Part shown: positions 24,770-34,668 of the stretch, in pieces
Position numbering within the stretch: the stretch's first letter is position 1
How the letters are laid out: each line of letters starts with the position of its first letter
Origin: a virus
Length of the DNA stretch: 64,000 nt
Direction: 5' to 3' (one strand)
Virus record (IMG/VR): IMGVR_UViG_3300035053_000267
Location: 32,001-96,000 of that record
Program-made: the position numbers and the translations under genes
Notes under the pieces: model-generated
The model's input: only the letters and a program-made list of their open reading frames with translations
Told to the model about the DNA's origin: nothing
Databases searched by the model: none

Positions 24770-25045
24770 TTAATCAGGAGGCTTGACACATCGCCACCCA
24801 TTTCTCCACAAAAAACGAGCTACATCGTATGTGGTATAGTCCCCGTTTTTATTATGAATGAACGTATCAGGCACCCCTATACCGTGTAACGCTTCATGTA
24901 GCTGAGAATGAAGAGCTTTTATAGAATTACCTTTAAGAACCAGCATGTTTACAGGCTCATCGCTTGTTCTATCGTCAGTGAGCCCTTCTATGGGCTCCAC
25001 AAAACATATATTATACTTAACCCCATTAAATGTGTGCGTCTTCAT
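24770..25045 (-). CDS. Small HExxH protein
   Basis: LHEALH. Confidence 0.55.
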   Translation of the reverse strand: MKTHTFNGVKYNICFVEPIEGLTDDRTSDEPVNMLVLKGNSIKALHSQLHEALHGIGVPDTFIHNKNGDYTTYDVARFLWRNGWRCVKPPD

Positions 25046-25358
25046 AGCCTGCTCTTAAAGTGACAGGAAGATAATGCAGTAAAAACAACCTGACCGAAGC
25101 TTCACCTATTTTTTCAGTTAAACGCTTTAAAATAGCTTTTATAGGTGCAGTATTCATAAATACTTCTTCAACTTCTTCAGTCCATGCAAAATCGGACGCA
25201 CGTATATTCTTCTTATTTTCCGGAAGATCAAACTGATCCCATACGGCCCGGTTAAGCATGGAAAAGAGCTGGTCTGTACTTTTATTCCTGACGGACCTGC
25301 GATCAGGCAGTTTAGACAGGTCCACTGTATCAATAACTTGAGAAAATCTACTGCTCAT
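25026..25358 (-). CDS. Hypothetical protein
   Basis: Overlapping operon packing. Confidence 0.55.
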   Translation of the reverse strand: MSSRFSQVIDTVDLSKLPDRRSVRNKSTDQLFSMLNRAVWDQFDLPENKKNIRASDFAWTEEVEEVFMNTAPIKAILKRLTEKIGEASVRLFLLHYLPVTLRAGYEDAHI

Positions 25359-25639
25359 AAATGCATCCCCTTTGTAGTAAAATCATCTTTATGAACCAGT
25401 TTAAACCCGGAAAACTGCGCACTGTCATTATACACAGGAACCAACAGAATCTCAGCCCCACTCCTGTCTTCCAAATGACCAGTAAGAGAGGAATTATAAT
25501 CTGTTAAGAACACACTGGCATGTTTATCATACTCTATATCGCAAACGCTTTTAAGATTTATCACACGATATATTTTAAAAATAAATATCTCCGGCGGAAA
25601 CGGAGAATACACTTTGCCACATTCCGCAATAATACTCAT
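25355..25639 (-). CDS. Hypothetical protein
   Basis: ATGA overlap. Confidence 0.5.
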   Translation of the reverse strand: MSIIAECGKVYSPFPPEIFIFKIYRVINLKSVCDIEYDKHASVFLTDYNSSLTGHLEDRSGAEILLVPVYNDSAQFSGFKLVHKDDFTTKGMHL

Positions 25640-25647
25640 GATGCCCT

Positions 25648-27045
25648 CTAAATTTTTACACTGGGAACAGCAAATCCATCAGAAGATATGAAAGTATCAG
25701 CCCCCTCCACAGATAAACCATATCCACACTCCGTTTTACCCGAACTCTCAACAGAATATACTTCAGACCAAAAAATCCTATCATTCATAACTATATCTTT
25801 CCACCACGATAAGACAATACCTTTGTGCTTATTTATGTGCTTTATAATTTTAACAGCAGAGTCCCTGTTAATGAGACCGCTATAGCTGTTTAAAAGAACA
25901 ATACGATAAAGATCACTGTAACCCTTTTCATGCATGGACCCCGTTGCAGCTTCAAGAACTTCAAAAGGCAGCGGAACGCTGTCGTGTTTAACAGCTGTGT
26001 TTGCATAACTACAGGACCCGAAAGCATAGTCAGACTGTAAAAAACCTTTATTAACACATATGTCGCACTTATTTATTGCTATACGCCATCCTGACCGTCT
26101 GGACCCGGCCTCAACGTAAAACATATTGTTTTTAATACCAAGGTGGTCCAGAAAAGTACGAAAAGATCTGGCGAATCTAAAGTGACGGGTAAACATAATA
26201 AAATTATCTGTATTCAGCTTATGAGAATCCATCATTCCTGAAACGAATCCCCACTTAAAGTCTGAACCGGCCGTTACGGCAATGCTGGGTATACTTCTTT
26301 TAGCAAAAGAACTTTTAATCTTATCCAGAATCCAACGTATAAACTCTCCTTCAGAAACAGATATGCCGCGTCGTTTGAGATAGGTTTCACATTTATAATT
26401 AAGGATACTGGTGTTTATTTTAGTTGAGTCTATGTTATTATCGACATACCCTGAAAGAAACCCAAAGATATATCCAAGCTCAGAATCCAAATCAAGATTA
26501 GTTCCTACATACAGCATATCACAGTAAATATGAGTATTAACCGGCTCTGCTACATGTCCAACTATAGGAACATAAAGACCAACTGCCTTGTCTGGAGACA
26601 CAGTACAGAAATTGGCCGCATCAGAGTTAAACCCATAAACAGCTTTACTATTGTCTGTTGTAAGTATTTGGTGACCGGTAGACAGATTCACCAGAAAAAC
26701 ATTCTGCTCAGAATACCTTCTGAAATAAGACACTTTATGAAGGCTTAAACCAGAAGCCCCGGAGTATGAACCGACATACAACTCAGGACAGGCACTATAT
26801 GCCTCTACATTTCTTAAAACTCTACAATCATCTTTTGCTCTGGGAAAATCAGCTAGATCAATTATAAACTTCCTATATGCAGGAACGTCGGACACACACT
26901 CACGCAGTTTCCAATGATCCTCATCCCCCCACCAATACTGGCTCCACTTACTGTTATTAAAATAGTGCCCGACAAGATCAGCAGGCTTTACATACACTGC
27001 TGCATCTGAAAAGTGGCAACCATAAGCTTTATCTTTGTTTGTCAT
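25648..27045 (-). CDS. Stand-alone intein-like protein (HINT plus degenerate LAGLIDADG)
   Basis: LSTGHQILTT block B-like, LGYIFGFLSG and GFVSGMMDS endonuclease remnants, GYGLSVEGADTFISSDG block F-like; no terminal Asn. Confidence 0.6.
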   Translation of the reverse strand: MTNKDKAYGCHFSDAAVYVKPADLVGHYFNNSKWSQYWWGDEDHWKLRECVSDVPAYRKFIIDLADFPRAKDDCRVLRNVEAYSACPELYVGSYSGASGLSLHKVSYFRRYSEQNVFLVNLSTGHQILTTDNSKAVYGFNSDAANFCTVSPDKAVGLYVPIVGHVAEPVNTHIYCDMLYVGTNLDLDSELGYIFGFLSGYVDNNIDSTKINTSILNYKCETYLKRRGISVSEGEFIRWILDKIKSSFAKRSIPSIAVTAGSDFKWGFVSGMMDSHKLNTDNFIMFTRHFRFARSFRTFLDHLGIKNNMFYVEAGSRRSGWRIAINKCDICVNKGFLQSDYAFGSCSYANTAVKHDSVPLPFEVLEAATGSMHEKGYSDLYRIVLLNSYSGLINRDSAVKIIKHINKHKGIVLSWWKDIVMNDRIFWSEVYSVESSGKTECGYGLSVEGADTFISSDGFAVPSVKI

Positions 27046-30000
27046 TTAATTATAACAGGCTGGTCTACTTCAACTTCGCCTCTGTTATACGCATTAACGG
27101 CTTGCTGAACTGTATCAAACACTATAGGTTTCTTAGTTAAATCTTCTTTATGCGTGGCCCTGTGAAGACCTATGAGAAATTCGTGACTTGGAGCGTATTG
27201 TACTTGAAAATCAGACATTTTACGTATGTTCTTAGATGGAAGCATTTTTTCCTTTGCTTCCTCAATAGCCTCATCAGACACTGTAACATGAAAATTCATG
27301 GTATCCCCATCAAAATCGGCGTTCATGCCTTTGCATATCTGCGGGGGGACCTTGAATGAGTGACCGCGAGTCAATACGGGCTTGGCGGCCAATATGCTGT
27401 ACTTATGAAGAGCTGGAGCCCTGGAATACAGTAAAGGCCTATGTTCCATTTCTTTTAAAAGAGCCCTCTCGGCCTCAGGGGTTTTATTCATATACATTCT
27501 GATTGCATCGGCTTTAGATCCTTTACTGCCTATATCACGAATAAGACGCCGTATAACAAAAGGCTTGTACAGCTCCCACGCTTTTTCCTCCGGAAGCCCA
27601 ACCTCGTCTATGTCGAGATTAGGATCAGGGGAGATCACAGCTCTACCGGATAAATCCGTAGTAGTCGATATAAGTGTACGTTGAAACGTACCGGACTTGG
27701 GAGACGCTCCGAACACTTCTTTTAAAAGACCTTTAATACCTTGCGCTTTTCTTTCTTTTTTAACCGGGGTTCCGAGCCCTGTCACAGCTTTAAAGTTATC
27801 ATATACATTAAGAGCAGCTTCTCCTCTCATATCCGGAGTCAGCTTATCCTTCATCTCAGAGTAGTTCTGATTGGCATGCATTAAATCTTTATACAGAAGA
27901 TTCGAACCAGCTACCATCTCAAACTTGTTAGTAGCTGTAATAGGTCTGTATACAGGAGGAAGAACAGCCACTTTAGATACAACCAAGTCTTCCGGCTGTA
28001 CGCCCATTCTCCTTAAACCATCTAGATATTTCATTTTTTTAGCTGCAAGATTTTTGGCAGTTTTACTGCTGGTTGTATTAAACAGATGCTCCTGCGCCCT
28101 ATACATTTTATCAATATCTATATGTGACAAAGCTTTTTTAATCGCAGCAGATCCAGTGCCGACATCAGGAATAGACTCCTTCTCGGCAATAACATTTCTA
28201 TACTGCTTTTGAGTCAGTCCCAGAAGGTACCGTATAGGGTCTTCAAATACCGGCTGGGGCATAGGCACACTCAAAGTTATGTGCCCAAACCTGTTTCCTC
28301 CGTGGCCCCCGGTAATGCCCCTGTCAAATAGACCGCCTTTTACCGGCTCCATGGACTGCTCACCCATAAGGCCTTTAGCGTAATTCTGCTTCCACTTTAC
28401 TGTTTCAGGACTCTTTATTTCTCCGCTGCTTATAGCCTCCACATCTCTATCTGTCATGGCAGCCAAGTGAAGATTATTACCTTCTCCCTTTACATTTATT
28501 CCGGAAGCCTGAAGAGTTGCTATAAACTTTTTATACGTTCCCGGTACCTTGGGGGGAGGAGGATTTATGCCCAGCATTACAGCATTCCAATAATCCTGAT
28601 TCTGCTGTCCTTTTATGTTGCGTATATCTTTAATGTTTTTAACAGCCCCGTGAGCGAGCAGGGCCTCCATCTCAAGCATACCAATTCTTTTTGGATTATC
28701 CTCGTCTATCCCTTTAGATGGAGACCCTTCTGATGTGTAAGAACCAAACGCCCTTCCAGACTCTTTCGATTCTGAAGTATGTTGAAGTTTGAGCATATAA
28801 GGAAACCCAACAAAAACATCTTTAATATTCTTATCTGTAGCCGGATCATATATCGTTTCTTTATCTTTAACACCGTGCTTACTCATTTCACTCTTAACAA
28901 AGTCTATGAGACTGTCGTCATTAAAGCCGCGTACATAATAGGGCTTGCCTCTTTTTCGAGCTATTTTAGCCAAAACAGCTTCATACAGCTGGGCAGGATT
29001 GTGCCTTGATATCACACCAAGAGGATTAAGGAGCATCTCCAATGTTTCACCGGACTCATCCTTAGGCATCTGATCATCCGGTATTATTTTACTCACGGTA
29101 CCTTTATTGCCAAAAAATCCACTAAACTTATCACCAACCTGAACCGGCATATATGTCTTAACAGAGATTTTAGTGCCGCCATCATCATTCCAGGTATCAG
29201 TGACAATGCCGGGAGTGTCGTGTTCCCATTCCACTGAAGAATCAGAGAAATCTCTACTCTTACCCCTATACAGCATGCCAGATCCTTTGGACGTCTTCTG
29301 CTTCACAGCCAGAATGAGAGGATCACCTTTCTCAACTACGGAACCAGGCGCAACAACTCCTGATTTATCTATTTTATCCAGCTGCTTTTTTGAATAGACA
29401 CTGGGGAAAACAGACATATGCTTAAGCTTGCTTTGAGTAGTAAACTTATCCCTGTCCAGTTTATCTGTGTACATGTGCTCAGAAGCAAATTTCTTAGCAA
29501 GTCCCTCCGATATGACTATACCATCTTCGTATGAATAGCCTTTATAAGGCAAATACCCGGCACGAACATGAGCTCCAAGAGCAAGATCACCAGACTTGTC
29601 CGTATAGTTACTCGATGCAATAATCTGCCCCGGCTTAAGAACATCCCCCGGCTGAACTAAAGGCTCATTACTTATATAGGATTTTCTGTTGTACGGCATG
29701 TTATTGTACAGCTCAATGGTTTTAGTTTTACCATCAGAAGTCTGTATGACCACTTCATCGTCAGTTACCGACCTGACAACCCCTTCAGTATCCGACCTAA
29801 CCACTCCTGCGTATTTTCCAGAAAAATTAAAGAAATCAACCCCATCTTCGTCAACAGGTCTCACCAGTGGTGCTTCTCTGTTTTTAACAGAAAGAGCCTG
29901 ATTAATGTATTTACTCCCCATAAGCAGTCGACCGCCTTCAATAGCTGAAAGCATGGGAACAAGGTTTGAATTAAGATTGAATTGTCCAGAGGCACTGTAC

Positions 30001-31454
30001 AGCTCGTATGGTACTTTTTCCGGATCCATCATCTTCATTTGACCATTACTTATGCATTTTACTTTTTTGCCAGTTTTAGCTGCCTTTTCGTGTTCGCCCG
30101 GAAAAGCAATAGGCATGCGGGAGACTACCTGGGGCGGCAAATAAATGCTCTTTCCGCTTTTAGAGTCTTTCAACCTGGTGTAAAGCTCACGATCTACGCC
30201 TTTATACGTGTTCCAGGCGATACGCCCATCTACCCCGGGATTAGAGGACTCAGGAGACCTTATAGGGTCTATAAACCCAAAATGCGACGGCTGCAAAGCT
30301 CTGGCCTCATCAGGAACCGCTTCAGCACTGGGCAGGCCTCCGACTCCCATTCTGGTTATCCTAAGGTTTTGATCAATGGCATCCATAGGATTAATCTCTT
30401 CCAGTGGAGAGGCAACTCCGGAAAGATAAAACACACTGTCAACATGAGAATCCAGAGCGCTGGGAGAGATTTTTTTCAAACTTTTATTCAGAGTAGCCTT
30501 CCACAGCAACTTCCGGGCAAGCATGCCACTGTCTTTAGATATTCTCTCTGCAAAAAAATCCTCTGGTCCCCATGTCTCCTGAAAAGCCAGAGAGTCCCTA
30601 TCATCGGTGTCTGCTTTACCTTTGGATATATTGACAAGTTTTTCAGACGTCTTGAGAAGAACTTCAGGAGTCACATTAGTATACGGACTGCCGAGAGTTA
30701 CCCCGACAACCTCAGGATCCAGTTTAAGCTTAGAAAAAACTTCCAACCAGTCCTTATCCGTAACGTCCTCCCCAACAGACTTCTTAGCTCTGGACTGAGT
30801 AAATTTGTTCCACGCTTTATTTAGAGTTTTTACATCCTCATTCTCAACAAGATTTACCCTTAAAAGCTCAGGACCCCAGTGTTTCTCCATATCCCTGTCT
30901 TTAATACCCATCGCTTTAAGTATCGGGTAAGCTTTTAAATTCGCCTGACCCACTTTTAGTTTAAATACACCGCTTGAAGGCTCCATAAACATTCTAAAGG
31001 ACGGTCCGCCTGACAGGATATTGAAATGAGCCTCTATATCCCCGTTATTTTTCTTACGAGTGAATATACCAGAACGAAGTCGCATCTGATTGGCTATGGT
31101 ATACTCATTGCCTCCTACTATGTAAGTGCCTCTCTGGGTAAGATATGGGACGTTTATAACTGTGGTTCTTTTCTGGTCTATAGGTTTATTGGTAGCCTTA
31201 TCCACCAGGGTCCAGGTCCCTTTAAGAGGCCTGTGAAGAGAAGACCTGTTAAACAGTGCCTTCTTCTGCTCCTTTAAAGAAAAATCACGAGTATTACCAT
31301 ACTCTAAATCATTAAGCTCCAGCCTGTATTTGGAATTCTCAAGAGGAAACCTCTCCTTCAATGCCTGTAGAGTGCCACCATACACGGCCTTTCTAGTAGT
31401 GTCAAAATCCAGAAAATCCCTGACACCGACTGGTAAGTTAACTCCACCACGCAT
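27042..31454 (-). CDS. Multisubunit RNA polymerase beta subunit fused to beta-prime N-terminal half
   Basis: GYSYEDG, GDKFSG..GNKG, LNPLGVISR, YMLKLQH beta motifs; SGRAVI, RAPALH, NADFDGD catalytic motif. Confidence 0.93.
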   Translation of the reverse strand: MRGGVNLPVGVRDFLDFDTTRKAVYGGTLQALKERFPLENSKYRLELNDLEYGNTRDFSLKEQKKALFNRSSLHRPLKGTWTLVDKATNKPIDQKRTTVINVPYLTQRGTYIVGGNEYTIANQMRLRSGIFTRKKNNGDIEAHFNILSGGPSFRMFMEPSSGVFKLKVGQANLKAYPILKAMGIKDRDMEKHWGPELLRVNLVENEDVKTLNKAWNKFTQSRAKKSVGEDVTDKDWLEVFSKLKLDPEVVGVTLGSPYTNVTPEVLLKTSEKLVNISKGKADTDDRDSLAFQETWGPEDFFAERISKDSGMLARKLLWKATLNKSLKKISPSALDSHVDSVFYLSGVASPLEEINPMDAIDQNLRITRMGVGGLPSAEAVPDEARALQPSHFGFIDPIRSPESSNPGVDGRIAWNTYKGVDRELYTRLKDSKSGKSIYLPPQVVSRMPIAFPGEHEKAAKTGKKVKCISNGQMKMMDPEKVPYELYSASGQFNLNSNLVPMLSAIEGGRLLMGSKYINQALSVKNREAPLVRPVDEDGVDFFNFSGKYAGVVRSDTEGVVRSVTDDEVVIQTSDGKTKTIELYNNMPYNRKSYISNEPLVQPGDVLKPGQIIASSNYTDKSGDLALGAHVRAGYLPYKGYSYEDGIVISEGLAKKFASEHMYTDKLDRDKFTTQSKLKHMSVFPSVYSKKQLDKIDKSGVVAPGSVVEKGDPLILAVKQKTSKGSGMLYRGKSRDFSDSSVEWEHDTPGIVTDTWNDDGGTKISVKTYMPVQVGDKFSGFFGNKGTVSKIIPDDQMPKDESGETLEMLLNPLGVISRHNPAQLYEAVLAKIARKRGKPYYVRGFNDDSLIDFVKSEMSKHGVKDKETIYDPATDKNIKDVFVGFPYMLKLQHTSESKESGRAFGSYTSEGSPSKGIDEDNPKRIGMLEMEALLAHGAVKNIKDIRNIKGQQNQDYWNAVMLGINPPPPKVPGTYKKFIATLQASGINVKGEGNNLHLAAMTDRDVEAISSGEIKSPETVKWKQNYAKGLMGEQSMEPVKGGLFDRGITGGHGGNRFGHITLSVPMPQPVFEDPIRYLLGLTQKQYRNVIAEKESIPDVGTGSAAIKKALSHIDIDKMYRAQEHLFNTTSSKTAKNLAAKKMKYLDGLRRMGVQPEDLVVSKVAVLPPVYRPITATNKFEMVAGSNLLYKDLMHANQNYSEMKDKLTPDMRGEAALNVYDNFKAVTGLGTPVKKERKAQGIKGLLKEVFGASPKSGTFQRTLISTTTDLSGRAVISPDPNLDIDEVGLPEEKAWELYKPFVIRRLIRDIGSKGSKADAIRMYMNKTPEAERALLKEMEHRPLLYSRAPALHKYSILAAKPVLTRGHSFKVPPQICKGMNADFDGDTMNFHVTVSDEAIEEAKEKMLPSKNIRKMSDFQVQYAPSHEFLIGLHRATHKEDLTKKPIVFDTVQQAVNAYNRGEVEVDQPVIIK

Positions 31455-31462
31455 ACTGCCCC

Positions 31463-33220
31463 CTATTTATAACCAGAAGATTGCGGCTTTACATTTCCAA
31501 CAGTATCGCGCTCAAGCTTATTGAGATAGCCATTTTGATTTTTAATGCCACCCAGACTGCCCTTAAAAGCAGACCCCAAATAGCCACCCAATTGCCCAAA
31601 ATTAGAAAAGACACTTTTACCAATATCTAAAAGACCAGAACCAATACCTTTAAACTTATCGAAAGTACTGAATATCTCTTCCATTTTTTTAACCTTCTGA
31701 GGAAGAGTACGCACCGTGTTGGATATGGCCCCCCAATCGGCGTTATCATTGAACTCTGAATTAAGTGCCTTTAAATTACGCAAAGTTTTACCAAATTCCG
31801 GGTCAGACAACAGGGACTTAACTTCTTTTACGTTATTAGAAAAGTTACCAGACGGGTTCTTAATATTTGCATACCACTCGCCGGGTGCCCCCAAAGTGTT
31901 AAATACTTTACGACCTACACCGCTGTCATCCCAACCTCCTGAAGCTCCCCCCGCACTTTTAATTCCACCTAATTTAGCTATATCCAGTGTTTTAGGCTGT
32001 ATTTGTTTGCTATTGCGGGCGCTGTCTGTTCCGTAGATGACACTCCTAGGAAGAACAGCAGAAGAGCCATCGAGCTTTATAGACTTGGCATCATCGTCAA
32101 TATCAAAAGCTGTATTTGAATTGGACAGTCTTTTACGTAAAGCAAGCTGTTTCTTAAGAGCCTTATGCCTTACATTGCCTTTACTGGTAGAGTACCCAAA
32201 CCGGGCACCCAGTCCGCCGCCAGCCAAAGCGAGCAAACCGGCCGATAACAAAAATAAGTTAAGAGCAGATGCTGTAACATTATTATTTTTATCCTCTGGA
32301 GTGCCCTCTGTTTCACCATTAGCTAACTTAGCAAAGGTGTCAAATCTCTGAGCCATTGCTGTTTTCGGTATGTTAGAAAGAACTTCAGTAAACTCTTTTT
32401 CCAATCGCTTACGATCTCTCTTTTTACGCGCCGCCAACGCTGAGTCAGTCAGTTTGTCCCCCAGTTTATATCCACCCATGCCAGTGCCTATAGCTGCCAG
32501 CGCCAATAAAGGCCCATACATATTAGCAGGCAGACCTAAAATAGGAGCATTTCCAATATCAAACCCTTTATCAGAGTCCTTCCATGGAAGCCCCTCCCAC
32601 CATTTCTCATATTTACTGACATCGGCCTGCTTTAAATGACCTTCTTTACGGTACTTATTCCTCTCTTTATCCAGATCTTTTTTAAGACCTTTAGCCCCTG
32701 GATACGGTTCATCCGACATTTTTTTATCAGAAAAATAAGTAGCCCCTCCAAGAGTCAAACCTAAAAGACCCATAGTCTTAGCAACATTAACCATATTCTG
32801 GCCTTGAGCCTTATTGGCCCTGTATTTCTGAAGCAGATACACCCTTTTAAGCAAGTCATTCTTAGTCTTATCCCCCATATTTTCAATGTACTTGGGAAAA
32901 TCCTTAACTTTAAGCCGACGCTTAAGAGGGTCTAAAACATCTTTAAAGTACTTTTTATTTTTAACCACAAAATCCGCAGCATACTCAGGAAGTATTTTAC
33001 CTATGAAGTTGTCCGCCTCATCGCCAAGAATAAACCTTCTAAAACCATATGGTGGATTGTCTGTATTCAGATCTCCAGAAGGTGTAAAATAACGCTTAGT
33101 TATCACTTTATCTACAAACTTGTTAGGAGCATCCCATATAGTGGATACTACATTTTTAGCACTCCCTAAAAAGTCGTCGATACCCTTTGCATGCTTGGTA
33201 TGTTGTGATGCAGTTCTCAC
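31463..33220 (-). CDS. Large membrane/virion protein with KxA-delimited segments
   Basis: Several Gly-rich TM helices; KHA, KQA, KTA, KLA, KSA. Confidence 0.65.
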   Translation of the reverse strand: MRTASQHTKHAKGIDDFLGSAKNVVSTIWDAPNKFVDKVITKRYFTPSGDLNTDNPPYGFRRFILGDEADNFIGKILPEYAADFVVKNKKYFKDVLDPLKRRLKVKDFPKYIENMGDKTKNDLLKRVYLLQKYRANKAQGQNMVNVAKTMGLLGLTLGGATYFSDKKMSDEPYPGAKGLKKDLDKERNKYRKEGHLKQADVSKYEKWWEGLPWKDSDKGFDIGNAPILGLPANMYGPLLALAAIGTGMGGYKLGDKLTDSALAARKKRDRKRLEKEFTEVLSNIPKTAMAQRFDTFAKLANGETEGTPEDKNNNVTASALNLFLLSAGLLALAGGGLGARFGYSTSKGNVRHKALKKQLALRKRLSNSNTAFDIDDDAKSIKLDGSSAVLPRSVIYGTDSARNSKQIQPKTLDIAKLGGIKSAGGASGGWDDSGVGRKVFNTLGAPGEWYANIKNPSGNFSNNVKEVKSLLSDPEFGKTLRNLKALNSEFNDNADWGAISNTVRTLPQKVKKMEEIFSTFDKFKGIGSGLLDIGKSVFSNFGQLGGYLGSAFKGSLGGIKNQNGYLNKLERDTVGNVKPQSSGYK

Positions 33221-33573
33221 TTAATAGTCCTAGTTTTAGATTTAATTACTTCAGTTACATTGGGTTTATCGCTTAGCCTGTAAAACGGTCTTAAAAACCT
33301 GATAAAAACTTTATAATTGTCAGATCTGTCACTCCAGTGCCTCTCCTCGCATGAAATATACAGGTGCTTGTCAGCAACTTCCTGAATTCTTTTATTATAT
33401 TTAATCAAATCTTCAGATACGCTGAAATCAAAAATCTCAGCGAAACTTTCATACTTTTTGGCCAAATAAATAGACGGATCCGGGCCTTTTGTATTCGGAG
33501 GAGTTTCCCCGGAAAAAAGCCTGAAAGGCGCATCTAAATTAGATGTTTCAAACTGTTCAAACTGGTTCATCAT
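33217..33573 (-). CDS. Hypothetical protein
   Basis: ATGA overlap. Confidence 0.6.
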   Translation of the reverse strand: MMNQFEQFETSNLDAPFRLFSGETPPNTKGPDPSIYLAKKYESFAEIFDFSVSEDLIKYNKRIQEVADKHLYISCEERHWSDRSDNYKVFIRFLRPFYRLSDKPNVTEVIKSKTRTIK

Positions 33574-33956
33574 ATGTAAGGTTTCTCGCCTGCTCTCGCT
33601 GCTCGATCACGTTTATAAGCTTTAATAAGAGCTTCTCTATATTCGTTATTTTTTACTTCATCAATAAGAGCCTTGTTATCTTCCTTGCTTGGAGCCAGGG
33701 ACCTTCCAATCATTATACCCGCAGGCACCGACGCCATTGTAGGAAGAATAAAGGTCCATTTTCCAGCTTCAAGCAAACCTTTACCGAGACCCAAGGTGCC
33801 TTTGCCAATAGCCTTAAAGCTACCAAAAATCTTCGCCATAGTTGCTGGATCCATAGCTTTTTTAACTATAACAGAATCCAGATCAGATGGCGTCATACCA
33901 TTTTCTGCAAGATACTCGCACATACCTAATTTAAACATATATGTGTCTACTTCCAT
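33570..33956 (-). CDS. Virion-type protein
   Basis: FKLG..YLAENG..VKKA leader, TM helix. Confidence 0.6.
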   Translation of the reverse strand: MEVDTYMFKLGMCEYLAENGMTPSDLDSVIVKKAMDPATMAKIFGSFKAIGKGTLGLGKGLLEAGKWTFILPTMASVPAGIMIGRSLAPSKEDNKALIDEVKNNEYREALIKAYKRDRAARAGEKPYI

Positions 33957-34633
33957 ATCCCTGTACTCCTAAGAAGACCAGCCACTACGCCGGCTCTAAC
34001 TAAATTTTTATTTGCAGACGGAGTAAGTTTACCAAATACCCCGCCAATAACACCGCTGAACGCTTTACCGGCGGCATAACCTGTTCCTGCTCCCACAGCT
34101 GCCCTGTATATGTCCGATGTACTTATAAGACCTCTTTTTGAATTTGAAGCATCGCCCAGTATTGCCAGAGACTTTGCCTTTTCGTATGGGGATAGGTGTG
34201 GGTCCGACGCCAGCTGATACTGTGTGTATCCTGATGGAACGAACACCGACGGAGGGTCAAAACTCTCAGAAGGACCAAAAGCACCTGCCCCGGAATAAGC
34301 GCCGCTTACTACTTTTTTGCCATGAGCTGGATTCCAGTTAATTCCTCTGGTTTTATCAGAAATATTAGCTAAGAGTTCTGGAGAGTGTACAGCCCACGGC
34401 ACTGCGCCGGCCGCTAATCCAGTCATTAAACCTATTCTTTTAGGATTCAATCTGGGATTAAATCTTGAAAGATATTTAGCACCATAATATGTAGGAATAC
34501 CAAGAGCTAAAGACTGTAGCGCAACTCCAGTTACAGGTCCTTGCCAGGGCTTATCTCCAAACCCACCAGAGGCTATATTAATTTTAGCTAACGCGTCGTA
34601 AAGGCCGTTAACTGTGAATTTTTTGCTTTTCAT
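33947..34633 (-). CDS. Glycine-zipper membrane/virion protein
   Basis: GAGTGYAAG etc. Confidence 0.6.
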   Translation of the reverse strand: MKSKKFTVNGLYDALAKINIASGGFGDKPWQGPVTGVALQSLALGIPTYYGAKYLSRFNPRLNPKRIGLMTGLAAGAVPWAVHSPELLANISDKTRGINWNPAHGKKVVSGAYSGAGAFGPSESFDPPSVFVPSGYTQYQLASDPHLSPYEKAKSLAILGDASNSKRGLISTSDIYRAAVGAGTGYAAGKAFSGVIGGVFGKLTPSANKNLVRAGVVAGLLRSTGIWK

Positions 34634-34668
34634 ATCAAAAACTTAAGTACATTATTTGAATAATTATA

